Source: a virus
Taxonomy: Duplodnaviria; Caudoviricetes
IMG/VR virus record: IMGVR_UViG_3300008110_000072
Coordinates: 1,086-65,085 of that record
Strand: one strand, 5' to 3'
Length of the DNA: 64,000 nt
Each line of letters begins with the position of its first letter. Positions within the stretch are counted from its first letter, which is position 1. The notes under the pieces were generated by a model. It saw only the letters and a list, made by a program, of their open reading frames with translations. It had not been told where the DNA came from and made no database searches. A program made the translations under genes and the position numbers. Of this stretch, positions 15,714-25,851 are shown one piece after another.

Positions 15714-16910
15714 TTATTTGCGAAGGTTCTGTGGAAGGTTTGCCTCAATCGCACGCTTGTATACAACGCTTGCGTCATATCCGAGGCTGAAAAGCTTCTC
15801 AACACGCTGAATATCACGCATCGACATTATCCAACCTGACTTGCCGGCAAGCCTATCGCGCTCAGCCCACACCATTTCACACGCTTGCTTGCTGAAGCGT
15901 GCAGCCTCCAGTGTGCGGTCGTATCCTGCGAATATACACACGAGGCGATTTTTGGCCGATGCATCGAGCGGGTTACGGCCTACATACGCCTCCGTAGCGC
16001 CATTGCCGAAGGTGTTGGCTGTGGCTATACAGATGAAATCAGGATGCTTTTTCACCATGCCACACGGGAATGCAGCCGTGTCATTTGCGAGACACATGTT
16101 TAAGGAACACAGCAAGTTAGGGTTTGCATTGTCGGCTTCATCGAGCATGAAAATCCCGCCCTCGCTATACATGCGGTAGAACTCCGTGGGTATGTATTCA
16201 CCCGTGATTGGCGACATCATGCCAAATAGCTCACTTTTAAGCGATTGCGAAGAAAACGACATGGCTGCAAACGGCCTGCCAAGCGCCTCCGCCACTTGCT
16301 TGCCTATGTGTGATTTGCCTGTGCCTGCGGGGCCGTGTATATACACATGCTCGTTGAGATTCACCCACTCCAACACCTCGGCAAAAGCCTCGTGTGTAGC
16401 GCCTACGCTGTGTGAGGTTTCGTCAAGCCTCCGGACGACGATTTCTAAAGCCGAAGGCTTCGGCGCGTGGATGTGTATAAGCTTGCACACCTGCTCGATT
16501 TGCTCGTCTGACAAGGTGTTGGAGGGCTGACTTGACACGCCTAACAAGCTTATAGCTTGCTGCATCAAAGTGGCTGCCGTTACGGCTGAATCGGTTGCGG
16601 GGACAGCACCTTGTGCCGTGGCCGCTACATGTGTGTTTGACATATGTGTGTGTGTTGGAGATACATTTTCAACGGCCTCTGAAACAGCTACGCTGTTCGC
16701 AGGCGCTTTCTTGCGGGCTGCTACGATTGCCTGTGTAAGGGCAACTTTGCCGGATTGCGTTTTGTGGCATGTAATGCCAAGCGCGCTACAAACCTGCCGG
16801 AAATCGGCAAATTCGCCGGATAATTTATTATCCGTTGCCCACATTTGGGCTGTTTGAGATTGTGAAGGGACACGGAGCATCCCGATGCGAGTGTTGTGTG
16901 TGTTGGACAT
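15714..16910 (-). CDS. MoxR/CobS-like AAA+ ATPase
   Basis: Walker A GPAGTGKS, Walker B MLDEAD, KHPDFICIATANT, LDASAKNR. Confidence 0.85.
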   Translation of the reverse strand: MSNTHNTRIGMLRVPSQSQTAQMWATDNKLSGEFADFRQVCSALGITCHKTQSGKVALTQAIVAARKKAPANSVAVSEAVENVSPTHTHMSNTHVAATAQGAVPATDSAVTAATLMQQAISLLGVSSQPSNTLSDEQIEQVCKLIHIHAPKPSALEIVVRRLDETSHSVGATHEAFAEVLEWVNLNEHVYIHGPAGTGKSHIGKQVAEALGRPFAAMSFSSQSLKSELFGMMSPITGEYIPTEFYRMYSEGGIFMLDEADNANPNLLCSLNMCLANDTAAFPCGMVKKHPDFICIATANTFGNGATEAYVGRNPLDASAKNRLVCIFAGYDRTLEAARFSKQACEMVWAERDRLAGKSGWIMSMRDIQRVEKLFSLGYDASVVYKRAIEANLPQNLRK

Positions 16911-16957
16911 GTGTTAGTGTGTGTGTTTCGAGGGCTGCCGACTGCCGGAAGCCGCTG

Positions 16958-16991
16958 CAAATATACGGCGAATCCGGTGCTGAAAGTCAAT
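16958..16991 (-). promoter_or_regulatory. Putative promoter of the early operon
   Basis: TATATTTG -7 box at 16958-16965 with ATTG about 22 nt upstream, then A/T tracts. Confidence 0.6.
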
Positions 16992-17468
16992 AGCCATGTA
17001 AGAAAATCCGATAAAGTGCAGCATTTTTTGGACGAGGGAAAAAGGTATACATAGTATAAAGGGCGAAAAATCGGCTGGTGGAAATTGAAAAAAAGTGAAT
17101 GGCATGTAAGGTTATTTCCTCTGATTTTGGCTGTCAGCGGCCTTCGCGCGTGATGTATACGCGACATATACGCGTGATGTATACGCTATACGCACGCGTT
17201 GCACGGCCTGTGCAGCGTGTTTCGTGTGGCGTGTGCTGTGCAAACGGGCTGTGTACGGATGCTCAGCGGGTGTTATACGCCACCCAGTATACGGCTAAAG
17301 TGTTGATGCTCAGCGGTTTCGGTTTCGGGTTTCCGCTTGCGTATACGCAGGACAGCGTAGCTGTTTCGTGTGCTGTGCTGCGTGGCGGGATTGTATACGG
17401 GTACACGGGTGTGGGATTCGCGTTCCGGGCGGCGCGCGCACGCGGGGGCGCTGGGGGGGGAACCCTCA

Positions 17469-17520
17469 TTCCATATATCCATACGCATTTCTGATTCCAT
17501 ACATCCATACGCATTCTTGA
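17469..17520. repeat. 26-bp tandem repeat x2
   Basis: TTCCATATATCCATACGCATTTCTGA / TTCCATACATCCATACGCATTCTTGA. Confidence 0.75.
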
Positions 17521-17726
17521 TAGCACATCCGCCCACATCGCTTCGCCGGTGTTCCGTAGGGGGTACACGGCTTAGGGCATTCACTTTGCGTGTGTAAGAC
17601 ATGCGCGGGGGCGTGTAAGAATCATGTAAGAACCTGCACACTTTTTAGGTATAATTTCATATAGATAGAATAGATAGAGAGGGGTGGTGTAAATAGGTGT
17701 TTTATAACAAGTTACGAAGATAGAAC

Positions 17727-17803
17727 TACTCGTGTACGAGTATTTAACGCTCGTGTACGAGTAGGGGGGTATGGTAGACGAGTAGCGAATACTCTTTTGA
17801 GTA
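17727..17803. repeat. Phased palindromic operator/iteron array
   Basis: CTCGTGTACGAGTA twice; ACGAGTA at 17736, 17757, 17778 (21-bp period); TACTC-TTTT-GAGTA. Confidence 0.7.
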
Positions 17804-17850
17804 GTAGTTTTTGGAAAAAGCTGTATATTTGTAGTAAATTTTTAATACAA

Positions 17851-18354
17851 ATGGCTACAAAGAAAAACTTACGGATTTTGTCCTACGAAGGGGACAACGG
17901 GGAAAAGAGGTTTCAAACCGAGACGCAGTATTACAGCATTCCTTTTAAGGGGGACGAGTTTTACATGGTGTATTATAAGTATATGGCCCCGTTGTTTCGC
18001 ATAAAGAGCCTGCACGATGTGAAAGTGTTGTGGCAGCTCACGCAGTATGCGGAGTTTGGGACAGGCATTGTGGTGCTGTCTCCAGAGAGGCGCAAACACA
18101 TTGCTCATGTTACAGGCATTGGATTGAATAATCTCCCCAAGCATCTCAAGAGTTTGAGCAATCTGGGGCTGATATACGGCAGCAGGAACGATTATGTGCT
18201 TAGCCCGGTGGTGTTTTGGCGTGGAAGTAATAAGGACCGCGCAGATTTCTTTGAAACGGACGAGGGGCGCAGGGTGGTGCTGGAGTTTAGGAAGGTGACC
18301 GAGGACGGAGAGGAGATGCCGGAGGACAGGAGGACGACATTTTCAGAGGAATAA
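17851..18354 (+). CDS. RepL-like winged-helix protein
   Basis: EFYMVY, HTH IAHVTGIGLNNLPKHLKSLSNLGLI, YVLSPVVFWRG; TATATTTG at 17824-17831. Confidence 0.7.
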   Translation: MATKKNLRILSYEGDNGEKRFQTETQYYSIPFKGDEFYMVYYKYMAPLFRIKSLHDVKVLWQLTQYAEFGTGIVVLSPERRKHIAHVTGIGLNNLPKHLKSLSNLGLIYGSRNDYVLSPVVFWRGSNKDRADFFETDEGRRVVLEFRKVTEDGEEMPEDRRTTFSEE

Positions 18355-18367
18355 TGTATATTTGTGT

Positions 18368-18679
18368 ATGATGCAGAATTTAAGGCCATATTCCTACGAC
18401 ATGGATGCCATAATGGGCATGAGCAGGGAGCAGCTTGAAAGCGTTATGCGGGCAAATGAACACGAAGTGCTGGAGCTGTATAACGAAAACACACAATTGC
18501 GTGAAAAAATCAAGAAGCTGGAGGCAGATGTCCGTGGATTGGTTCTCCAGATGTCGTCCTTGGAACAGGTAAAAATTGAGCATAAAGCCTCTAAAGGGGT
18601 GTGGCAGACAATTTCTGTTGCAATGGCTGCAATTGGTGCTATATTTGGGGCAATATTCTTTAATCGGGACAACAAGTAA
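18368..18679 (+). CDS. Coiled-coil protein with C-terminal TM helix
   Basis: Heptad pattern followed by a hydrophobic tail. Confidence 0.65.
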   Translation: MMQNLRPYSYDMDAIMGMSREQLESVMRANEHEVLELYNENTQLREKIKKLEADVRGLVLQMSSLEQVKIEHKASKGVWQTISVAMAAIGAIFGAIFFNRDNK

Positions 18680-18737
18680 AAAGTGTTTTTCATGATTATT
18701 TTAATAGTGTTTTAGTGTGTAAAACGAATGTCAAACT

Positions 18738-18762
18738 GGGGGCTTTTTAAGCCCCTATTTTG
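18738..18762 (+). terminator. Putative intrinsic terminator
   Basis: GGGGCTT..AAGCCCC followed by TATTTT. Confidence 0.55.
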
Positions 18763-18790
18763 TTTACATAAAGTAAAAAATATACATTTG
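18759..18790 (+). promoter_or_regulatory. Bacteroidota-type promoter
   Basis: TTTG-N20-TACATTTG upstream of 18807. Confidence 0.7.
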
Positions 18791-18806
18791 CCCAATAAAT
18801 GTATAT

Positions 18807-19436
18807 ATGACAGAAATCGAATGGAGCAAAGACATTGTAATGCCGAAGTATTACATTGTCAAAGTGGCCGGAATGCGGGAAGATGAAGTGGAGATTAAGG
18901 GCGAAAACGGAGAGCGTATAACGCTTAAAGTGCCAATCACACGCAATGACCCTGTTAGCGGCCTGACAGAAGAGGGAGTGGTGAGAAACATCCCAAGAGA
19001 CGGCAATCCAGAGCTGCTTGACAAAAAAATAAAGTTCTGGTTTACAAATACGGAATTCACAATGAAGAGCGGCATCTCCATAAAGGGCCATGTTCTTGTG
19101 CCGGAATACGACATTGTGCAGGTGGAGGACGAAATGTACGGCGAATACATCTATTGCAAGCCGATAGAAAAGAGGTATGGCTCGCTATATCTGCCCACAA
19201 TACAGGAAATAAGCTATGATAGCATGCAGGCTCCCAAGCAGGAGTGGAGCGATGTGTACATTGACAAGGGGATTATTGCCCGAAAGAATAAACACTTCCC
19301 CGAAGGAACGGCTGTATTCTGGGGCAATCCAAACAGAGCGCGTCAAAACTGGGAGAACGGATTTCTTTTAAAGGCGAAGTATATTGAGGCGACAGGAGAA
19401 GGCGTGCATTATATAGAATATGTAAAAGGAACCTGA
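18807..19436 (+). CDS. Putative tandem GroES-like co-chaperonin
   Basis: Two beta-rich repeats (IVKV..EEGVVRNIP..K..F; YIYCKPIE..GSLYLP..KGII..G..VFW). Confidence 0.5.
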   Translation: MTEIEWSKDIVMPKYYIVKVAGMREDEVEIKGENGERITLKVPITRNDPVSGLTEEGVVRNIPRDGNPELLDKKIKFWFTNTEFTMKSGISIKGHVLVPEYDIVQVEDEMYGEYIYCKPIEKRYGSLYLPTIQEISYDSMQAPKQEWSDVYIDKGIIARKNKHFPEGTAVFWGNPNRARQNWENGFLLKAKYIEATGEGVHYIEYVKGT

Positions 19437-19437
19437 T

Positions 19438-19698
19438 ATGCCACCGCTCAAGAACATCCCGTTGTATACAAAACCGAAGGGAAGGCCGTGCAGGTATGAC
19501 TTTTCGCCATTCAAGAACGCAAGCCATATGGCAATTGTTATTGAATGCGCCCCAACGGAGAACATATACAACAGCATCAAAAGCAGTTTTTCCCGATGGA
19601 GGAAGCGAAACAATATATCTTCCGGCTTTGTGTTTGACATATACGAGGACAACATAACAATATGGAGGAGGCTCCCAAGAGAAAGCATCACACCCTGA
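19438..19698 (+). CDS. Small basic protein, possibly DNA-binding
   Basis: KNIPL..GRPCRYDF..ITIWR pattern. Confidence 0.6.
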   Translation: MPPLKNIPLYTKPKGRPCRYDFSPFKNASHMAIVIECAPTENIYNSIKSSFSRWRKRNNISSGFVFDIYEDNITIWRRLPRESITP

Positions 19699-20120
19699 CG
19701 AATGAATATTTTTTACGAGTGGGGGAAAGCAAATCAGGAAGGCTGCCGTTCTACGGAATCGAGCATTATCTCCTACACGGCTGGCAGTTCTATCCAAACG
19801 CACACACAAATGTTGTTGTAAGGTCATGGAAAATCCTAAGAAAGTTCAAGCGAATCCGGGCAAAGGTGAGCGTGCGAACAGCGGAGATGTATGGGAAGAA
19901 GGGGGTGATGATATACAGGCGTTCAAAAAGATTTGGAGACGCGTCTTTAATAAACGCATTGGCTGTTACGAAATTTATGTCGCAAACAGTAATTACCTTG
20001 TAGCTACGGGCCTGACAGACAAGAGCGATAGCTTCCTTGTTGGCACGATTCCGCTCATGGTAAAACTTTTGCACAGCTTTTGCAAGGGATGTACAAATGG
20101 AAAAATAGATGTAGAAACAT

Positions 20121-20651
20121 ATGAAGAAGCAAAAAAGCTCATCAAGGAATGGCGAAAACAGCAGCCCGTTAGCACAAGAACCAACCAACGCAAAAAGCAA
20201 AGCGGAAAAATGGGTAGAGTTGATTTACAGCAACTCCCTTTCTCCGACAATGAGCTGGAGCAAACGGGTGGAGGAAGTTACGCGGATGCTGAACTATTGC
20301 CCTGACGAAATGGAGGTGAGGGATTTAAGCATTGCTTATTTCCGCACAAACAGAAAGTATGAAACATATTGGAGCTTGGTGGTGATGAAGCACAATGTAT
20401 GCAACAGCCTGCGTGAGGTGGAAGCCTCAGAGGAGGGAGCATCCAATGAAAACACCAGCTATAAAGCCAAGCTTGAAAATGCCATGAAGCTTTCTGCCAT
20501 TGAGCTTGAAATAGAAAAAAGAGAGGTTGAGTTGTTTAAGGGCAACAATGAAATAAAAGAGGAGCTTCTTCGTGTTGCCGGAAAGGGCAAGTCTAAGTAT
20601 GACGGCGCGAGCCTTCACGACCAGTTGATAAATGGGAAGGGATATGAATAG
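20121..20651 (+). CDS. Hypothetical helical protein (terminase small subunit candidate)
   Basis: 176 aa, helical, upstream of TerL; no diagnostic motif. Confidence 0.4.
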   Translation: MKKQKSSSRNGENSSPLAQEPTNAKSKAEKWVELIYSNSLSPTMSWSKRVEEVTRMLNYCPDEMEVRDLSIAYFRTNRKYETYWSLVVMKHNVCNSLREVEASEEGASNENTSYKAKLENAMKLSAIELEIEKREVELFKGNNEIKEELLRVAGKGKSKYDGASLHDQLINGKGYE

Positions 20652-20922
20652 CGATAAATGTATTCCCATAGTTGTAGAAGGCAAGCGCAAAAAGCCCAGA
20701 AGAAGGCCATCGCCTATGTATAGAAACCGATGGTATCAATTGCAAAGGGGGCAGATTTCAAGGGTGAGTATATATAATTGGAATGCCCGATGTAATACGC
20801 CCCCCAAGCAATACATTCACAGGGTGTACAGAGATTTGTACAGAGTGATTGAAACAGACAAAACAGGATTTACGGTGATATGCCTGCAAGAAAGAGAAAG
20901 GTGGCCCTCGCGGACGGCATAG
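20644..20922 (+). CDS. Small basic hypothetical protein
   Basis: Coupled to the preceding ORF. Confidence 0.45.
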   Translation: MNSDKCIPIVVEGKRKKPRRRPSPMYRNRWYQLQRGQISRVSIYNWNARCNTPPKQYIHRVYRDLYRVIETDKTGFTVICLQERERWPSRTA

Positions 20923-21308
20923 TGCTGTATGGCGTTGGCCTGAAATCCGTGGTGAAATACTTTGTCACGCACATCCCTGAGAAGGATGCGTACAAGCTGC
21001 AGGTGATAGGAGAGCGCGGCAGGAAAAGCTATTTTACGACAAAGCAAAAGCTATTCCTTGAAGGAGATACGCTGTATAAGCATGGCTATCGAATATATAT
21101 GCACTCCGCTGCAATAGAAAAAAAATATGTTTCATATCTTGTCAAGCACAATCTGCACAGCAAGCTAAAAAAAATATACAATATAATGGAAAGGATAAAC
21201 GATTTGAGTGACAGCAAGATGCTTGCCCTTTCCTTGGTTTGCGATGAGATGATACGCGAGGCCGCAAAAATTGACAGACGAATAAAGAAAAGCTATGACG
21301 ATATCTGA
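20880..21308 (+). CDS. Basic hypothetical protein
   Basis: 142 aa; overlaps the TerL start. Confidence 0.6.
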   Translation: MPARKRKVALADGIVLYGVGLKSVVKYFVTHIPEKDAYKLQVIGERGRKSYFTTKQKLFLEGDTLYKHGYRIYMHSAAIEKKYVSYLVKHNLHSKLKKIYNIMERINDLSDSKMLALSLVCDEMIREAAKIDRRIKKSYDDI

Positions 21309-23535
21309 AAACAAATTCATCCGGGACGGGCGGATTGTAGAAACCATATACAACTTAGAGTGTATAAGCCCGCCCATTCCAAAAAATCTTGAAGAGATAG
21401 ACGGATATGGCAATCCCAAAGCAAAGTTTGAGCGCACCAAGCTCCCGGCATTTATGTTGGAGCGCAGGTATAAGAAAGACGAAAAAGGGAATGACCTGCC
21501 TATTGTAGACTGGACTGAGCTGCAAAAGCAATACGCCCTGCGTGAGTTTCAGAAGATATATCAGGACGGGCATTGGTGTTACATTCGTGGCGAGCTGACA
21601 TGGATTACGCCGTGGATGTATTTCGGCCTCAATTATTGGTTTCCTGCATCAGAAACCTCCACAGGGCATCTGGAGTATCGCGATAGACAGCGGCGCATAT
21701 TGATGTATATGTGGAATATATTCCAGCATCACAAAGAACTTGGCGTTGTATATCTGAAGGGAAGGCGTGATGGAGCTACGATGTGGATGCACCTGATGGC
21801 ATTCTGGTTTGTCAGCCGTAGCAACGACCAGTTTGTTGGACTTTCGGCTTCCGACCTCCGTTTGTCAGAGGAGAACTTTGACGAGTTTCTTGCAGACCCA
21901 CTAAAGAGGTTGCCAGATTGGCTTTTGCCTTTGTATACGCTGAACAAAACCGACCTTACGCTCCGCAAAAAGGAGGCGATGGTGGGGGCAGTAAGTACAT
22001 TGGAGGCTGGGAAGGGAGGCCGCGTCAGGCTACGCGCTCTTACGCGCAGGGGCTTTGACGGAAAGCGCGTAAACTTCCTGTTCCCCGATGAATCTGGTAA
22101 GTGGACAAGTGTTAATGTGTGGAACTGGTGGTTAAAGCAGCAGCGCACGCTAATGTCAAAGGGAAAGCGTATAGGCTTCTCTGTATTCCCCACAACAACA
22201 GAAGAGATTGAAGAGGGAGGAAAAGAGTTTAAAAAGCTTTGGGACAACAGCGATAACGCAACAAAAAAGGAGGGAAAGTATCCTACGACATTTTCTAAAC
22301 TCCGGCAGTTGTTCATCCCGGCATACGATGGATTGCCGGGCTGGGTGGGTCCGTACGGAGAATCCATTATAGACTATCCGGATGACGAGCAGTGGGAGTG
22401 GATGAAGCTGGAGAATCCACGAGATGCGGAACGCATAGGAGCGCGGGAGTATCTGGAGCGCGAAGCTAATCAGTGTCTTGAAACGGGAGACGAGCAGGCG
22501 TATTGGGAAATCAAACGCCAAAACCCGTTTACGCCAAGCGAGGCATTCAGCAGTTTGAACCAGAACTGCCCGTTTGATACAACAATCCTGCAGAACCTGA
22601 AGATGATGGCCGACACACCAGAGGTGCAGGGGCTTATACGAAAGGGGTATTTCTATTGGCTGGACATCAAAACAAAAACCCAAGTGGCGTGGCGTGATGA
22701 CAAAAACGGTCCAATAGAGCGAACATGGGAGCCGCAGCCTGAAACCATAAACAAAGTAAAGTTTATACGCGGCATAAAGCACCCAGTGAACAACAAAGTG
22801 GGCGTAATAGGCGTAGACCCGTACAATAAAGCAAACATCAAGAGCAAGGGGTCAAAGATGGCGGTGCATGGCAAGCTATTCTTCAACTACGACTACGAGC
22901 AGCTTAACCAGACGCACCGGGACAAGTATAAAGTGGATATGGCGGGCTATTGGCCTACACCAAGCATCTTTTTTCGGTATGTATACAGAAGCACGGACAT
23001 GACATATGACCTCGACCAGCTTCTTATGGCTGCCCATTATTATTCAATGCCAATAGCAATTGAAAATAACACAGCAGAAAACCTTAAAAACCATTTTATA
23101 CAAAGGGGCATGAGCGGGTATCTGCTTACGGAGGCAGAGATAATGAATATAGAGAACCCCAACAATAGCGAGCTGGAGACGATTGGTATATTCACGGGCG
23201 TTGATAGCGGAGGGAATGATGTGCCAAGACTGGGAAGCAGCTATCACAATGACTTTTTGCGAGGCACTGGTATATATCTAAAGGAGTTCTCGTATAATAT
23301 ATGGGAACAGCCAAGAAGGTATCCATTTTTGGAAAGTATACAAGATAACATGAACTTCAATATAGCTGACAGAACGCAGTACGATAGCACTATGAGCCAG
23401 CTAATTATGAGTATAGCTGAGTTCAATATGAACGACTACGGCAACCCGTTAAAATATGTTGAATCTCAAAAGAGCAGGGTGAGAAGATTCTTCCCGCGAG
23501 GATTTATTGTTCGGAAATTTGCGCATCCATATTAA
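21295..23535 (+). CDS. terL: Terminase large subunit (crAss-like type)
   Basis: LKGRRDGAT Walker A variant, FPDESGKW Walker B, GVDPY nuclease motif, IENN, RTQYD. Confidence 0.9.
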   Translation: MTISENKFIRDGRIVETIYNLECISPPIPKNLEEIDGYGNPKAKFERTKLPAFMLERRYKKDEKGNDLPIVDWTELQKQYALREFQKIYQDGHWCYIRGELTWITPWMYFGLNYWFPASETSTGHLEYRDRQRRILMYMWNIFQHHKELGVVYLKGRRDGATMWMHLMAFWFVSRSNDQFVGLSASDLRLSEENFDEFLADPLKRLPDWLLPLYTLNKTDLTLRKKEAMVGAVSTLEAGKGGRVRLRALTRRGFDGKRVNFLFPDESGKWTSVNVWNWWLKQQRTLMSKGKRIGFSVFPTTTEEIEEGGKEFKKLWDNSDNATKKEGKYPTTFSKLRQLFIPAYDGLPGWVGPYGESIIDYPDDEQWEWMKLENPRDAERIGAREYLEREANQCLETGDEQAYWEIKRQNPFTPSEAFSSLNQNCPFDTTILQNLKMMADTPEVQGLIRKGYFYWLDIKTKTQVAWRDDKNGPIERTWEPQPETINKVKFIRGIKHPVNNKVGVIGVDPYNKANIKSKGSKMAVHGKLFFNYDYEQLNQTHRDKYKVDMAGYWPTPSIFFRYVYRSTDMTYDLDQLLMAAHYYSMPIAIENNTAENLKNHFIQRGMSGYLLTEAEIMNIENPNNSELETIGIFTGVDSGGNDVPRLGSSYHNDFLRGTGIYLKEFSYNIWEQPRRYPFLESIQDNMNFNIADRTQYDSTMSQLIMSIAEFNMNDYGNPLKYVESQKSRVRRFFPRGFIVRKFAHPY

Positions 23536-23787
23536 AAATATCAGGTCGAGCCTTTCTAAGAACGGTTTCAATACCGTCCAGAAGGCGTTCTACATCGCTC
23601 TTTTTGGGAGCTGGTGATGGCCTTTTGTTTTGTTGTGATGGTTTATAGTGGTATACAAAATGTATAGCCATATCGGACTGCAGCGAAGTGTTGTAATAGT
23701 GTACCATAGGCGGCGAAAGTAAACAAAAAACATCTCTTTTTATAATGGGAAAAGTTGTGTTAATTTGTAATTGATTCTGCAGGCGTT

Positions 23788-24492
23788 ATGTTGCCAAGAT
23801 TAATATCCACAATTTTCACATATTTGAACGCTGGCGGTTATTACAAAACGGCCACAGAGATTCAAAACGCCATTAATACAGCGCAGACACAGCTATACAA
23901 AAAGCTTCGTGGCAACTTGTCTGAATACGGGCCATCCAGACCAAAGGCTCAAATAAATTTTCAGGAAACTAATACAACGGCTGATGCTTTAAGCGAACTG
24001 TATAGGGTGTATTATCTTCCTTATAATGGCAGTGGAGTTGTTTCGGTGTCTTCTACAGACAATCGCATGGTGGATGTTGTTCAGATTATTGAAATTTGTT
24101 ATGATTCAAAAAAGGTGTTCTATCCGGTGAACATAGTGCCTGATAATCAATATCTTTTAATGAAGGGCAACGAGGTGTTATATCCGCAGAATGGCGCAGA
24201 AATAAAAAGACCTCTTGGAAGAATGGCTGGATTCCTTGAGTTTGAAATATTCCCAAGTGTATATTTTGCTGCTCAGGCACGCGTTCTTACGCTTCCAACA
24301 AATGTTGAGTTTCAGCTTATAGATAATGATGTAGACCCTATCCCAGAGCTTGCACCGGGATATATAGATACAGATTTTACGGAAGAGAAGTTTAACAACC
24401 TTTTGTTTTTGACGCTTAATAGCTTAGGCTTTAATATAAGCAACGGGCTTTTGGTACAAGGAACAGCTCAAAAAGAGTTTAAAGAACTATGA
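23788..24492 (+). CDS. Putative tail ring / head-tail connector protein
   Basis: EIQNAINTAQ..L resembles crAss-like ring proteins; first gene of the structural operon. Confidence 0.55.
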   Translation: MLPRLISTIFTYLNAGGYYKTATEIQNAINTAQTQLYKKLRGNLSEYGPSRPKAQINFQETNTTADALSELYRVYYLPYNGSGVVSVSSTDNRMVDVVQIIEICYDSKKVFYPVNIVPDNQYLLMKGNEVLYPQNGAEIKRPLGRMAGFLEFEIFPSVYFAAQARVLTLPTNVEFQLIDNDVDPIPELAPGYIDTDFTEEKFNNLLFLTLNSLGFNISNGLLVQGTAQKEFKEL

Positions 24493-25094
24493 CCGCCGGA
24501 TATTTAGCAGACCAACTGATATTAATGTTCACTGGTGGGCGACCCACCGTAGAGGGCATTTACAAAGAAGAGGTGGAAGCCCTTGTGCGCGAGGCGTTGG
24601 CCGCTGTTGCGGTGGAGGACTATTATGCACATTACAAGCAGGAGAATCAAAGCACCACAATCAATGGCGCTTGGCAAACCACTCTTCCATTAACGCTAAC
24701 ATTTAGTCCGGTGTACGGATATTATACGGCAGATTTGCCAAAAGATTTTATCGTGCTGCCTAAAAATAAAGGCGTGGTGTCTATTATGGCAGAGGGCAAA
24801 AGACTGGACCAGATTGAGTGGGAGCGGTATCCAGCTTTAAAAAGCGGGACTTTGCTGTATTTTGCAGGAAAATATTTTTATGCTGTAGTAGCTGGCAAGA
24901 TTGTCATCCTGCCTGCATGCAACGAGAAGGTGAAGTTTACGCAAATTCTTGCTACGCTTGCGCTGTCAAATGATGCAACGATTACAGACGCACAAGCCTT
25001 CTTAGTGTTTGCCAAAGTGATGCCAATCATGCAGATGCGCTATCGGATTAAGCCGGATATGGTGACAAACGAAAACCCAGACTTTAATACATAA
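24489..25094 (+). CDS. Putative tail ring protein
   Basis: Size, synteny, C-terminal PDMVTN. Confidence 0.5.
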   Translation: MTAGYLADQLILMFTGGRPTVEGIYKEEVEALVREALAAVAVEDYYAHYKQENQSTTINGAWQTTLPLTLTFSPVYGYYTADLPKDFIVLPKNKGVVSIMAEGKRLDQIEWERYPALKSGTLLYFAGKYFYAVVAGKIVILPACNEKVKFTQILATLALSNDATITDAQAFLVFAKVMPIMQMRYRIKPDMVTNENPDFNT

Positions 25095-25846
25095 TGGCAA
25101 ACATATTACAAAATGCTGATGAGCTTGCCGATGTAGCAATGCTTGAGTTGGGGGTTCCAACATATGAAAGCACAAAGTTTAAATCATTTGCTTTAGACTT
25201 TATACGGATGCTTCGTATAGATGGAAAAACAGGAATAGCCAACGAGCAAAAAACTGTTTATTACGATTTCTCCCAGACGGGGTACAAAACCGTTGCGCTT
25301 CCAAATGACTTTGTTGAGTTCATCACCGTAGGGACGCAGCTTGGCCGTTATATAAAAGCTCTTGCAATAAACGCCCACCTTACAGACCATAAAATAAAAC
25401 CCCAAACCGGATTGCTTACAAGAAGCGATAACATGATTTGGTATTGGGGTAATCTCTGGGGGCTGGGTACAAGCTTGTGGGGTCCGATGGGGCAGGTGCA
25501 AGCATATGGTAATGGGGGCGACTATGGCGACTTTAATATAGACTGGGAGAATAGAAAGCTTATTCTTAGTCCTACATTTGGCTATACAAACATTGTTCTC
25601 AAGTATATGAGCAATTGTCTGGAGCCGGGCAGCGAATCCTGCATTCACCCATATTTCATTGCCGCGTTTAAAGAATATATCAAAATGAAATATTTTGAGA
25701 ACAGGGGCGACCAGAGATTTCTTATACATAAGGCAAATTATGTCGAAGAATATCGGTATGCGTGGCGGAAGAAAAACCGCAAAAAGACGCAGGATATTGT
25801 TAAGATTATTGACAGAACCAGAGGATATAGGAACGCGTATTTCTAA
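25094..25846 (+). CDS. Putative tail tubular / ring protein
   Basis: VALPNDFV, IVLKYMS, IHPY..AFKEYI typical of crAss-like tail tubular proteins. Confidence 0.6.
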   Translation: MANILQNADELADVAMLELGVPTYESTKFKSFALDFIRMLRIDGKTGIANEQKTVYYDFSQTGYKTVALPNDFVEFITVGTQLGRYIKALAINAHLTDHKIKPQTGLLTRSDNMIWYWGNLWGLGTSLWGPMGQVQAYGNGGDYGDFNIDWENRKLILSPTFGYTNIVLKYMSNCLEPGSESCIHPYFIAAFKEYIKMKYFENRGDQRFLIHKANYVEEYRYAWRKKNRKKTQDIVKIIDRTRGYRNAYF

Positions 25847-25851
25847 TATAT

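Noticed and set aside
17099-17641. Several 75-131-aa ORFs in the divergence region
   Set aside because: Mutually overlapping, low-complexity and repeat-derived; no clear leader
23504-23707. Small minus-strand ORF after terL
   Set aside because: Possible but unsupported: lone antisense ORF overlapping the terL end, no motif
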